A stretch of 64,000 bases of DNA from contig DASCPX010000137.1 in NCBI GenBank assembly GCA_036012755.1, positions 96,001 through 160,000 on the forward strand, given 5' to 3'. Numbering within the stretch: position 1 is the first letter of the stretch; each line of letters opens with the position of its first letter. Made by a program: the position numbers and the translations under genes. The notes under the pieces were generated by a model. It was not told the DNA's origin. It searched no databases and was given only the letters and a program-made list of their open reading frames with translations. Source of the DNA: Myxococcota bacterium. GTDB lineage: Bacteria > Myxococcota_A > UBA796 > CAJQPC01. Below are positions 29,111 through 38,429 of this stretch, one piece after another.

Positions 29111-29587
29111 CTAGTCGGCGTCGATCTCGAATCGGCCGACGTGATCGAGGCCCGAGTTGTCCACGCCCTCCCAGGTCCCGACCAGGGTGTTGTCCTCGAC
29201 CGTGCCCGTCCAATCCCAGGAGCTGTCGACAGTGAAGATCGTGCCCCCGTCTGTGCTTCCTTCGATGCTCAACGAGAGCGGCTCTCCGCCGCTGTCCCAG
29301 TCGCAGGAGGCCATCCCGGAGAGGCTTCCGGAGTCCTCGATGTCGACGTTGGCCGATCCGCTGCATGAGTCGATCTGCTCGCTGCCATCGTAGAGATCGA
29401 CCATCACCATTCCACCGTAGGTGCCCGCGGTGAGCTCGTCGTTCGCCTCCGAGTCTTCGCCGGTGTCCGAGTCTTCGACGTTCCCCGAGTCGGCATCGGG
29501 CGTCGCGGTGTCGGTGAGCTCCTCGCCCGCTTGACCGCCGAGACCTGGGACTCCGAAGCACGCGAGGCTCAGCAGTGCGAGCGACAT
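29111..29587 (-). CDS. Acidic hypothetical lipoprotein
   Basis: MSLALLSLAC leader; GGAGGAG Shine-Dalgarno. Confidence 0.7.
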   Translation of the reverse strand: MSLALLSLACFGVPGLGGQAGEELTDTATPDADSGNVEDSDTGEDSEANDELTAGTYGGMVMVDLYDGSEQIDSCSGSANVDIEDSGSLSGMASCDWDSGGEPLSLSIEGSTDGGTIFTVDSSWDWTGTVEDNTLVGTWEGVDNSGLDHVGRFEIDAD

Positions 29588-29639
29588 CTCTCCTCCAAGA
29601 CTCCAGTTTCGCCTGCTCCCGACGGATCGCAAGTGCGGG

Positions 29640-29682
29640 ACTGCACATACTCTGAGCCGACTTCGCCCGCGGGCGTGCAGAA
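29640..29682. promoter_or_regulatory. Operator-like inverted repeat CTGCAC-N28-GTGCAG, copy 2
   Basis: Lies in the divergent region upstream of the DUF4423 regulator. Confidence 0.5.
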
Positions 29683-29699
29683 TCGCTAAGCTGTCCCTG

Positions 29700-30668
29700 A
29701 TGAACTTTGAGATCCTTGCTCGAGAGCTGCTCGTGGTGTTGCGGGGCAAGCGCTCCCAGGTCGCCTGGTCCAGGCGGCTCGGGTACAAGAGCAACGTCGC
29801 CTACGCGTGGGAGTCGGGGCGGCGCAGGCCCACGGCAGCCGAGACCCTGAGGGCGGCGCGCAGGTCCGGGGTGGACCTCGACCTGGCGGTGACTCGCTTC
29901 TACGGCAATCCGCCTCCTTGGCTCGACGAGACCGACCCGGCGAGCCCGGCGGCCGTAGCGCGTCTGCTGGAGGATCTGCGAGGGAACACCTCTGTGAGCG
30001 ACCTGGCCCGGCGCGCAGAGCTGTCCCGCTACAGCGTCAGTCGCTGGCTCTCGGGGCAGACCCAGCCGAAGCTGGCGGACTTCCTGCGCCTGGTCGAGGC
30101 GGCATCGCTGCGGACCATCGACCTGGTCGCCGTGCTCGTCGATCCGGAGTCGGTGCCAACGGTAGCTCCCATCTGGAAGCGGCTGGAGGCGCGGCGGCGC
30201 GCGGGCTTCGAGCTCCCCTGGACCCAGGGCGTCCTGCGCGCGCTCGAGCTGGACGCCTACCTCGCGCTGCCAGGGCACGAGCCCGGCTGGATCGCCTCAC
30301 AGCTGGGCATCACCCGACAAGAGGAGGATCGCTGCATCCAGTTCCTTCACGAGACTGGCCAGATCGAGCTGGATCGGCACTTTCGCGAGACCGCCTTCGT
30401 CTACGCCGTCGACACCCGGCGCGATCCGGAGATCGGTCGTCGCATCAAGGAGCACTGGACGCTGGTCGCTACAGAGCGGATCGCCAGCGGGGCCCCCGGG
30501 CAGTTCAGCTACAACGTCTTCACGGTCAGCGAGGCCGACTTCGAGCGGATCCGGCAGATGCACTTGCGCTACTTCCGGGCTCTGAGGGCGGTCGTGGCCG
30601 AGTCCGAGCCTGGCGAGAAGGTCTGCGTGGCGAACGTTCAGCTCTTCACGCTCTCCAGCCACTCCTGA
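29700..30668 (+). CDS. Double XRE-type HTH + DUF4423-like transcriptional regulator
   Basis: SQVAWSRRLGYKSNVAYAWESGRRRP and SVSDLARRAELSRYSVSRWLSGQTQP; C-terminal FSYNVFTVSEADF...ANVQLF. Confidence 0.8.
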   Translation: MNFEILARELLVVLRGKRSQVAWSRRLGYKSNVAYAWESGRRRPTAAETLRAARRSGVDLDLAVTRFYGNPPPWLDETDPASPAAVARLLEDLRGNTSVSDLARRAELSRYSVSRWLSGQTQPKLADFLRLVEAASLRTIDLVAVLVDPESVPTVAPIWKRLEARRRAGFELPWTQGVLRALELDAYLALPGHEPGWIASQLGITRQEEDRCIQFLHETGQIELDRHFRETAFVYAVDTRRDPEIGRRIKEHWTLVATERIASGAPGQFSYNVFTVSEADFERIRQMHLRYFRALRAVVAESEPGEKVCVANVQLFTLSSHS

Positions 30669-31315
30669 ATGGCCCGCGCAGCCTCTGCCGGCTCTCGTTG
30701 GAGGACGAGGTGGGGGCTGGAGAGCTCGACGACCGTCGTGCTCGGCGCAGCCTTCACCAGGGTGTTCCTCGCGCCCCAGAGGAGCATGTCCCAGCTCGCG
30801 TGCAGGTAGAGCACCGGCACCTCGAGAGCCTGTAGTGCCTCCTTCATGTCGACCTCCAGGACCCGCTCGGCGCGTTGCACCAGCAGCGCTCCGGGGACCT
30901 CGTTGACCTCGCGGATGATCTCCTCCACGAGCTCCGTCTCAGCCGATGGACCCACGAGGAAGCTCCGCACGATCAGGCCGTTGACCCGGTTCCCCAGCAG
31001 GCGCGCCAGGGGCCGCGTCCAGGTCGGGAGAGGCCCCTCCGAGAAGGTCGCCGCGAGGACCAGGCCGACCACTCGGTCTGGCACCGCGGACGCGACGCCG
31101 ATGCCCACCGGACCGCTGAAGGACTCGGCGACGATGACCAGTTCGCCCTCCGGGAGCTGATCCAGGACGAAGGCGATCAGCCGCTCGTAGCTGAGGTCGT
31201 CCAGCGGGTAGGTGACACTCCGGGTCGGAGTCCCGTCGGGCAGCGCTGCGACGAAGTGGGCATAGAGCGCGCCGTTGCCGTGCAGGCCCGGCAGCAAGAG
31301 GTAGGTGGCGCTCAC
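30638..31315 (-). CDS. Alpha/beta hydrolase
   Basis: LLPGLHG, AESFSG nucleophile elbow, PHLVLQ. Confidence 0.85.
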   Translation of the reverse strand: MSATYLLLPGLHGNGALYAHFVAALPDGTPTRSVTYPLDDLSYERLIAFVLDQLPEGELVIVAESFSGPVGIGVASAVPDRVVGLVLAATFSEGPLPTWTRPLARLLGNRVNGLIVRSFLVGPSAETELVEEIIREVNEVPGALLVQRAERVLEVDMKEALQALEVPVLYLHASWDMLLWGARNTLVKAAPSTTVVELSSPHLVLQREPAEAARAIQEWLESVKS

Positions 31316-31321
31316 GTAGGG

Positions 31322-31858
31322 CTAGAGGATCGCGGATGCCATCAGGACCAGCCACGCTGCCATGGTCAGGCCGGTCTTCACGATGTTGCCCATCAAGGTC
31401 GCCGCGGTGGCCCAGAGCGCTGGCCGGACAGCGTCCTTGGTCGACTTCTTCGCGTCCACGCTGAGCTCACCGATCAGGGCCCCGAGGAAGGTACCCAGCA
31501 AGGCTCCGATGAGCGTGCCGAGGATGGGGATCGGGATCAGGAAGGTCAGGAAGAGCCCGCCCAGCACGCCACCGGCGATGGAGCCGATGGCTGCGCGCCG
31601 CGACCCCCCGCCTTTCTTTACGCCCAGGGCCGCGGCGCCGAGCTCGAGGCCCTCGCCGAGGAGGGCGAGCAGGACTCCGCCGCCGATCGCCCACCAGCCG
31701 AAGGTCACGTGGGTGGTGCTGCCGAAGATCAGCGTGTCGGTGAGCTCCAGGATCAGCGCCAGGCCGAGCATCGCCCAGCCGCCAGGTAAGGAGAAGGCCA
31801 CCGTGCCGACACAGACGAGCCCGACGAGGGCGAAGAGCACGAGGACAGCGACTTCCAC
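31322..31858 (-). CDS. DUF456-family membrane protein
   Basis: SLPGGW, GVKKGGGSRRAAIGSIAG, GTFLGALIGEL. Confidence 0.8.
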   Translation of the reverse strand: MEVAVLVLFALVGLVCVGTVAFSLPGGWAMLGLALILELTDTLIFGSTTHVTFGWWAIGGGVLLALLGEGLELGAAALGVKKGGGSRRAAIGSIAGGVLGGLFLTFLIPIPILGTLIGALLGTFLGALIGELSVDAKKSTKDAVRPALWATAATLMGNIVKTGLTMAAWLVLMASAIL

Positions 31859-31860
31859 CT

Positions 31861-32781
31861 TCAGACCATAGTCGCGGAGCTCAGGCTGTCGAGGAACATC
31901 ACGACGCGGCCCTCCTGCCGCCAGCTGAGGGCGGCGGCGAGGGTCTTCGCCGTGTAGGTGGGCTCCAGGGAGAGCCCATGCTCGCGACCGAGGTCCATGG
32001 CGCGGTTGCCGCTCTCGGTCGGCACGCCGTAGCCGCCGCCGAACTCGCTGTGCCAGACACGGAGGCGCTCTCCGTCGACGCGGACACCGAGGCGGCGACC
32101 GGCTGAGCGAGCGAGCGCGAGCACGATGCTCCGATTCGCGAAGGCTCGGTCCACGACTCGGACGGCGTGTAGCCGCGTGGACAGTCCGGCCATCTGCAAT
32201 CCGACCAGCAGTCCGGCGACGGTTCCGCCGCTTCCGAGGGCTGCGAAGAGATCCGTGGGCTCCGGGCACTCCCCACGCTTCACCTGCTGACCCAGCTCCA
32301 AGCCGCCCTCGACCCAGCCCAGCGAGCCCAGCGGCGTCGATCCCCCCGCCCAGACGAAGTAGGGCCAGCGGCCGTGACTGCGGTGGACCTTCTCTGCGGC
32401 GTCGATGGCCGCGAGGGGGAGGAGGATCTCCTTCGGCACCATCGTGATGCTGGCTGCCTCGAGCTGGAGCCTGCTCCAGTTCTTCTCTACGTGCGGTGTC
32501 GAGGGCTGTGGCAAGACCAGCGCGTGCGTGCGGACGCCGAAGCGCTTTCCGTGCAGGGAGCAGGCGAGCAGGTGGTGGCTGCCGGTCGCGCCCAGGGTCA
32601 GCATGTCACCGCCGCGGCGGCGCGCCTCTGGCAGCAGGTAGGCCAGCTTGCGGACCTTGTTGCCGCCGTAGAGCGTGTGGGAGCGGTCCTCGCGCTTGGC
32701 CCAGATGCCAAGGCCGGTCACTTCCTCTACGGGAGTGGGGAAGTCCCCGACATCATCACGCTCGAAGCTGCCCAGTGACAC
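31861..32781 (-). CDS. D-cysteine desulfhydrase / ACC deaminase family PLP enzyme
   Basis: AKRED...YGGNKVRKL, GGSTPLG, LGSGGTVAGL, LEPTYTAK. Confidence 0.88.
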   Translation of the reverse strand: MSLGSFERDDVGDFPTPVEEVTGLGIWAKREDRSHTLYGGNKVRKLAYLLPEARRRGGDMLTLGATGSHHLLACSLHGKRFGVRTHALVLPQPSTPHVEKNWSRLQLEAASITMVPKEILLPLAAIDAAEKVHRSHGRWPYFVWAGGSTPLGSLGWVEGGLELGQQVKRGECPEPTDLFAALGSGGTVAGLLVGLQMAGLSTRLHAVRVVDRAFANRSIVLALARSAGRRLGVRVDGERLRVWHSEFGGGYGVPTESGNRAMDLGREHGLSLEPTYTAKTLAAALSWRQEGRVVMFLDSLSSATMV

Positions 32782-32790
32782 AGGGCGAGC

Positions 32791-34638
32791 CTACTCCTCC
32801 TTCGCCAGCTCGCGCTCGAGCACCTCGACCATCGCCTCGTGCTCGAAGCGGTTGTTGACGTACTGGATCGTGCCGTCGATCCCGATGATCCAGTCCTGCG
32901 GGAAGGCGGCGGTCGGGAAGGCGAACTCCTGCTGGTAGTTCATGATGACCCCCGCGTCGTCGACGAGCACGGGCATCGTCAAGCCGAGGGCGTCGCGGAA
33001 CTCCTCCAGCACGGACTCGTCCTCCATCCCGATGGCCCAGACCTGGACGCCGCGGTCGGCGTAGACCTGGTAGATGCTCTGGTCGATGTCCGAGACCTCG
33101 GACGGGCAGACCGGTCACCAGGTCGCGAAGTAGGCGAGCACGACTGGATGCCCGAGGTGCTCTGACAGCGTGTGGCTGTTGCCCTCGAGGTCGCGGAGCG
33201 TGAAGTCGGTGGCGGTGGCGCCGATGTAGCTCCCAGAGTCGACGCCCGAGATGAGCTCCCTCTCCTGCGTTGGGCCGTCCGCGTCGTTGGAGGCCACGCA
33301 GAGGGTGGCAGAGAGGTCGTCTCCGCCGCCGTAGGTCAGGCGGATCAGCGCGCTCTGGCCAGAATCCAGCAGGCTCCCGCTGACCTCGACGGTGACCTCG
33401 TCGCTGTCGACCGTGGCTCCGGACAGCTCGAGGACGCCGGCTCCGCGATTGGTGACCCGGACCTCGGTCGAGCCGCCCTCTGCGGGGAGCACGATCTCCT
33501 GGTCGCTCATGGAGAGTTCGCCGGCCTCTGCCCCCGTCCACTGGAAGCTCGAGAAGTAGTTCCAGTCGCCGACCCAGCCGACATCTCCAGAGGCGCCGAT
33601 GGCCAGGGCGAACTGCTCGCTGACCTCTCGAGCCAGCCAGGTGGGGTTCGTGGGGTCGGAGATGTCGAAGAGGGCGACGCCCGTGTGGTCGGCGGCCCAG
33701 AGGCGCCCATCGGCGGTGTCGGTCATGAGCACCGATCCCCCGGTCTCGACCAGGGCGACCTCGGTGGGCGCGCTGGGGTCGGAGCGCTCGAGCACGCGGA
33801 CGCCGTAGCCCCCGTTGCTCACGTAGAGGTAGTCCGCCGTGGCCTCGACATGGAGGGTCGCCCCGTCGACCGGGACGGGATCGTGGACGACGGGGTTGCC
33901 GGGATCGCTGACATCGATCGGGTAGACGCCGCCTGCGTTGTCGGCCGCGTAGGTCCAGCCCTCGATGATCTCGGAGAGGTCCCAGGTGGTCTCGGGCCCG
34001 GCGACGGTGGTCAACAGCTCCGGGTTCTCGGGGTCGGTGAAGTCGTAGGCTCGGACGCCCTCGCCCCGCACGGTCGTGTACAGGATCGGGTCGGACCAGG
34101 CGAGCCCCTCGAGTCCGGACTCCAGCACCGGGTTGTGCTGCTGCCAGGTCCCGGCGCTGTCACGGATGGCGACCGTGAGGCCAGTGTCCCGATGCGACAG
34201 GGCGAGGATGCCGTCGCCGAGGACCTCGACCCGGTGGTAGCGAGCGTGGTCGTCCTCTTCGGGGAACCACGTGACGAACTCTGGGGCGGAGACATCCGAG
34301 ATGTCGAAGATGCCCAGCCCGCCTTGACCGACCGCGTAGGCATCGTCCCCGTCCAGGTCCAGATCGACCCACTCGGCGAAGCGCGCTGGTCCCGGCTCGT
34401 CCTTGCCCTTCTTGTCGTACCCCATCCACACCAGGGGGTCGTCCGGGAGGTCCGCTGGGGCCTCGCAGCTGGCGGGGAGCGTCGTCCACTCGATCGGCTC
34501 GCCGGTGTCGCCGGTGTCATCTCCAGGGAGAGACGTGTCGTCCTCTTCTCGAGAGCCGGGCACGCAGGTGCCTTCGGCGGTCAGCAGCTCGTCTGGGGCG
34601 CAAGGGTGGCTGGAGCAGCTCAGGGACAACAGAAGCAT
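32791..34638 (-). CDS. Predicted selenoprotein (615 aa): lipoprotein leader, LVIVD-like beta-propeller, Ig-like domain and TlpA/redoxin domain with U-P-V-C
   Basis: In-frame TGA at 33115-33117 within YFATW*PVC; the frame stays open into ORF 32791-33027 (FPQDWIIGIDG); SECIS-like hairpin follows. Confidence 0.85.
33081..33114 (-). promoter_or_regulatory. Bacterial SECIS element candidate
   Basis: UGA-CCGGUCUGCCC-GUCCGA-GGUC-UCGGAC-AUCGACC: upper stem starts 11 nt after UGA, with AGGUCU apical sequence. Confidence 0.75.
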
Positions 34639-34723
34639 GCCCGGAGGATGCCACCGGGGGCACTGGGTTTCGCAGCTCGTAATGCCCGAGACACTCCGAT
34701 CCGATTCCCTGTCCGGAGGCTAC

Positions 34724-35410
34724 ATGCCCGTGTTTCTCGTGCTCCTCGCCGCCTGCGGCTCAGACTCCGGTGATGTCGCCACTGCCACGATCGCCCCTGT
34801 CGCGGGTCACATCCGCCTCGCCCCGGTCTCCGAGCCCCTGGTGCTCGGCATCGAGTTCGGCGAGGTCGACCCGAGCGAGGTCCGCGTCGAGTGGTCCCCA
34901 GAGGGTGAGGACACAGAGGCTGTCGCCGAGGTCGTCACCGCCGAGAGCGAGGGAGTCGTCGCTGTCGTATCGGACTTCGTCGAAGACGTCGGTGCGCGCT
35001 GGAAGGACGACTCGGCGCCCGAGCCCGCCGCGATCGTGGTCGAGGAGGTCGCTGAGGCCGTGGTCGCACCGGAGACGGTCGTCGAAGCACCAAAGGTGGA
35101 CGTCCTCGCCCAGCTGCTGGGCACCGACCCCCTCGCGGAGATGTCCGTCGACCAGGTCATCCGGCGCTACTCCAGCCAGGCCCAGTACTGCCACGAGACC
35201 GCGAAGGAGCGCTACTCCGAGATCGAGGGCCGCGTCAGTGTTGCCTGGACGGTCGAGGCCGGCGTCGTGAAGGACGTCGAGATCCTCGACGACACCACCG
35301 GCGATCCCCAGATGGCCGGCTGCGTGGCGCGCAAGGTCAGGTACTGGCGCTTCCCAGCTGGGATGGACGCCGAGGTGGAGCATCCCTTCGTCTTCCAGCG
35401 GGCGATCTAG
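34724..35410 (+). CDS. Lipoprotein with AgmX/PglI C-terminal (TonB-C-like) domain
   Basis: MPVFLVLLAAC; VIRRY...YCHE...GRVSVAWTV...GCVARKVRYWRFP...HPFVF; GGAGG Shine-Dalgarno. Confidence 0.8.
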   Translation: MPVFLVLLAACGSDSGDVATATIAPVAGHIRLAPVSEPLVLGIEFGEVDPSEVRVEWSPEGEDTEAVAEVVTAESEGVVAVVSDFVEDVGARWKDDSAPEPAAIVVEEVAEAVVAPETVVEAPKVDVLAQLLGTDPLAEMSVDQVIRRYSSQAQYCHETAKERYSEIEGRVSVAWTVEAGVVKDVEILDDTTGDPQMAGCVARKVRYWRFPAGMDAEVEHPFVFQRAI

Positions 35411-35802
35411 GGTCTCCTGAAGACCAGTCGTACGTCGAGCGCCCCGGCCTCGAAGCGCCCGACCTCGCAGCGAAAGCCCTCTTCGTCCGGCACCAGCCGC
35501 ACCACCGGACCGAGGCCGCTCGGCACCCAGTGGAAGCCGCCGCCTTCTCGCGGGAGCACCGCGTGGACATCGGCGATGCCCTCGCTGGTGAAGTGGTGCA
35601 CGACGAGGTCGCCGTCTTCGCCGACACCGTAGAGGCAGAGGTCGCTGTAGCCGTCGATGACCTCTGTGTACTCGATCCATGCCCCGTCGAGGATGGCCCT
35701 GACCCGGGCTTCGCCGCGGACGGGGGAGAGGTGCACCACTCCGGTGACGACCCACTCGCCGAGCATGAAGGACAGCGCTTCGAGCTTCTCGAGATGGGGC
35801 AT
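35407..35802 (-). CDS. Hypothetical protein (DUF1579-like beta-rich fold)
   Basis: LEALSFMLGEWVVTG motif; fills the gap between genes. Confidence 0.55.
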   Translation of the reverse strand: MPHLEKLEALSFMLGEWVVTGVVHLSPVRGEARVRAILDGAWIEYTEVIDGYSDLCLYGVGEDGDLVVHHFTSEGIADVHAVLPREGGGFHWVPSGLGPVVRLVPDEEGFRCEVGRFEAGALDVRLVFRRP

Positions 35803-35828
35803 GCCGGCTTTGTCGATAATGTGCCCCC

Positions 35829-37184
35829 ATGCCGCGCGCCCCAATGCTTCTGTTGCTCGCCGGAGCCGCCCTCGCTGCAGATCATCGTGGCTGGACCGAG
35901 GGCACGCCGGCGGCGGGTACGGGGGCCCTGCTGGCGCCGCGGGATCCGATCCCTGTCGAGCTGCCCGCCTGGGTCGTCGAGCGGGTCGCGGGGCCCACCT
36001 TCGTCTACTACTTCTCTCCAGCCTGCCCCCACTGCCAGGCCACTATCGGCGAGGTCGTCGAGCTCTCGGCGAAGACCCCGGGCGTGAGCTTCATCGGCAT
36101 CTCGACCGGGCGCGCGACCGAGGAAGAGGTCAGCCGGTTCAAGGCAGACAACGGCGTCGAGTTCGACATCCTGATCGACCAGCCCCAGGGCTTCGCCTAC
36201 TCCCTGGGCGCTCGCTCGACGCCGACGGTCCTGGTCCTCGAGCCCGCAGGGTCCGGCGTGGTCGCCACGGACTACTACGGACCCTGGGTCCAGGGGAACT
36301 CGCTCTTGTTCCAGATGCGGAGAACCCCGGAGATGGCCTTCGCGATGTTCGAGGAGGACGTGTACCAGGGGGACTCCGTCTGCGGCGCCTGCCACACGGA
36401 GGAGGCTCGCAGCCTCTCGCTCACCCACCACGCCATCGCCTACCAGACCATCTACATGCACGACGACCAGGACGACCCGGAGTGCGTCGCCTGCCACGTC
36501 ACCGGGCTCGGCGCCCAGAGCGGCTTCCAGCTCGGCGAGCACGACAGCATCCTCGCCGGGGTCGGGTGCGAGGCCTGCCATTCCCCGGGCGGTCCCCACG
36601 ATGGCGCGGTCGTCGACCCCCGGACCGCCTGCGTCGCCTGCCACGACGCGGAGCACAGCATCGCGTTCTCGGTCGAGAAGGGCCTCCCCCACATCGACCA
36701 CTTCAGGGCGAACGCAATGACCGATGCCCAGCTCCACGCTCGGTGGATGGAGCTCGCCACGGGCGAAGCCGCCCGGCCGCTGTTGGCCTTTCCGGAGGGC
36801 AGGAACCTGGGCCCGTCAGCCTGTGTGTCCTGCCACGAATCAGAGGTCGCCGCCTGGGAGGAGTCCAGCCACGGCGAGGCCATCGAGTCGCTCTCGCGCA
36901 AGGAGCGGAGACAGCTCGACTGCGTGCGCTGCCACGGGACCCCGTCCTCCAGCGGCGCGCCGCCTGCCAGCGTCGAGGACTACAGCGCCGGTGTCGGCTG
37001 CGAGAGCTGCCATGGGCCGGGAGAGGCCCACGTGGAGGCGCCGTCCTCGTCGAACATCCAGGGCCTGGGCGAGAGCTGCGCGGAGTGCGTCATACAAGCG
37101 GTCTGTACGAGCTGCCACGACAAGGAGTGGGACGCCGCCTGGAGCCTGGAGGCACGCATGGAGTCCATCAAGGGCCACAAGTGA
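35829..37184 (+). CDS. Thioredoxin-fold (CPHC) domain fused to a multiheme cytochrome c with 8 CxxCH motifs (c554-like duplication)
   Basis: FSPACPHC; CGACH, CVACH, CEACH, CVACH, CVSCH, CVRCH, CESCH, CTSCH; signal peptide. Confidence 0.88.
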   Translation: MPRAPMLLLLAGAALAADHRGWTEGTPAAGTGALLAPRDPIPVELPAWVVERVAGPTFVYYFSPACPHCQATIGEVVELSAKTPGVSFIGISTGRATEEEVSRFKADNGVEFDILIDQPQGFAYSLGARSTPTVLVLEPAGSGVVATDYYGPWVQGNSLLFQMRRTPEMAFAMFEEDVYQGDSVCGACHTEEARSLSLTHHAIAYQTIYMHDDQDDPECVACHVTGLGAQSGFQLGEHDSILAGVGCEACHSPGGPHDGAVVDPRTACVACHDAEHSIAFSVEKGLPHIDHFRANAMTDAQLHARWMELATGEAARPLLAFPEGRNLGPSACVSCHESEVAAWEESSHGEAIESLSRKERRQLDCVRCHGTPSSSGAPPASVEDYSAGVGCESCHGPGEAHVEAPSSSNIQGLGESCAECVIQAVCTSCHDKEWDAAWSLEARMESIKGHK

Positions 37185-37918
37185 CGGCGCTCGAGCTGCT
37201 GCTCCTGGCATTGGTCGGACTGGTCGCCGGCACGGTCAACACGATCGCAGGGGGTGGTTCGTTCATCACGCTCGCGGCGATGCTGTGGATGGGGCTGCCC
37301 CCGGTCGTCGCGAACGCCACGAACCGGGTCGGGGTCGTGGTGCAGTCGGGCGCGGCCACCGTCCAGTTCCACCGCGAGGGCCAGCTCCAGACCGGGGGCC
37401 TCGTGGCGGGGGGTGTCGCCGCTTGCGCGGGCGCGCTGATCGGCGCCTGGGTCTCCCTCGAGCTCGACGAGGAGCTCTTCGAGCGGCTCATCGGTGTGAT
37501 CATGCTGGCCTTCGTGCCGGTCCTGCTCCTGCGCCCGAAGCGGTGGCTCCAGGGTGCAGAGAAGGCTGCTCGTCCCTGGCTCCTCGTCCCGGCGCTCTTT
37601 GCGCTGGGCGTCTATGGTGGGCTGCTGCAGGCCGGCGTCGGCATCTTCCTGCTCGCGGCGCTGGTGCTGCTCGGGGGACACGACCTGGTGAGGGCCAACG
37701 CCCGCAAGGCCCTCGTCGTGATGCTCTTCACGATCCCGGCGCTGCTGCTGTTCGTGTGGCAGGACCAGGTCTTGTGGCTCGCCGCCATCGTGCTGTCCCT
37801 CGGCTCCGCCCTCGGCGGCTGGCTGGGCACGAAGCTCACGGTGAGGTGGGGCCCTGGCTTCGTCCGAGTCGTGCTGATCCTGGTGATCGCGGTGAGCGCT
37901 GTCCGGCTGTTGCTCTGA
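37181..37918 (+). CDS. TauE/SafE sulfite exporter family protein
   Basis: GTVNTIAGGGS, PPVVANATN, GVYGG...AGVG; GTGA overlap with the cytochrome gene. Confidence 0.9.
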   Translation: MTALELLLLALVGLVAGTVNTIAGGGSFITLAAMLWMGLPPVVANATNRVGVVVQSGAATVQFHREGQLQTGGLVAGGVAACAGALIGAWVSLELDEELFERLIGVIMLAFVPVLLLRPKRWLQGAEKAARPWLLVPALFALGVYGGLLQAGVGIFLLAALVLLGGHDLVRANARKALVVMLFTIPALLLFVWQDQVLWLAAIVLSLGSALGGWLGTKLTVRWGPGFVRVVLILVIAVSAVRLLL

Positions 37919-37955
37919 ACCCGCGAACGCTGCTCTGGCGAGATAGGCTCGATGG

Positions 37956-38429
37956 ATGGTGCTCGCCCTCCTGCTGGCCTGCGCGAAGGACGCGCCCGAT
38001 GCAGAGCGGTGGCTTGAGCTGGGTGCTGGGCTGGACAGCTACGCGACCCTGGACGCCAGCGACGAGGTGGAGATCGTGTTGGGACCGCAGGGCGGGTACA
38101 TGATCGCCCTGGCGCTGCAAGCCGTCGGGGTGGAGGGCGGCGACCCGCTGGACCCGACGGTCCCGGACAATCCCCGCACGACCTTCCAGTCCTACCTCCC
38201 CTCCCAGCCGGACGCGATCGGCAGCATCACCGTGGCGCTGGGCCTGACCCGGGTCGACGACGAGGTCCACGAGCTCGTCGGTGTGTGGCTGATCTTCAAC
38301 CCCGAGCTCCCGCTGGAGGACTACTTCGACCAGGAGATCGCCGTCACGGTGGACATCGTGGACGAGGCAGGCAGCCTTCACGACGAGGAGACCGTCCTCG
38401 CCGTGTGGCCCGGTGACTCAGGGCTCTGA
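37956..38429 (+). CDS. Hypothetical lipoprotein
   Basis: MVLALLLAC leader; GPQGGYM motif. Confidence 0.7.
   Translation: MVLALLLACAKDAPDAERWLELGAGLDSYATLDASDEVEIVLGPQGGYMIALALQAVGVEGGDPLDPTVPDNPRTTFQSYLPSQPDAIGSITVALGLTRVDDEVHELVGVWLIFNPELPLEDYFDQEIAVTVDIVDEAGSLHDEETVLAVWPGDSGL

Noticed and set aside
32791..33027. 78-aa ORF as an independent gene, or the upstream gene as a nonsense pseudogene
   Set aside because: It is the in-frame C-terminal half of a redoxin domain; codon position and the SECIS-like hairpin favour Sec readthrough.
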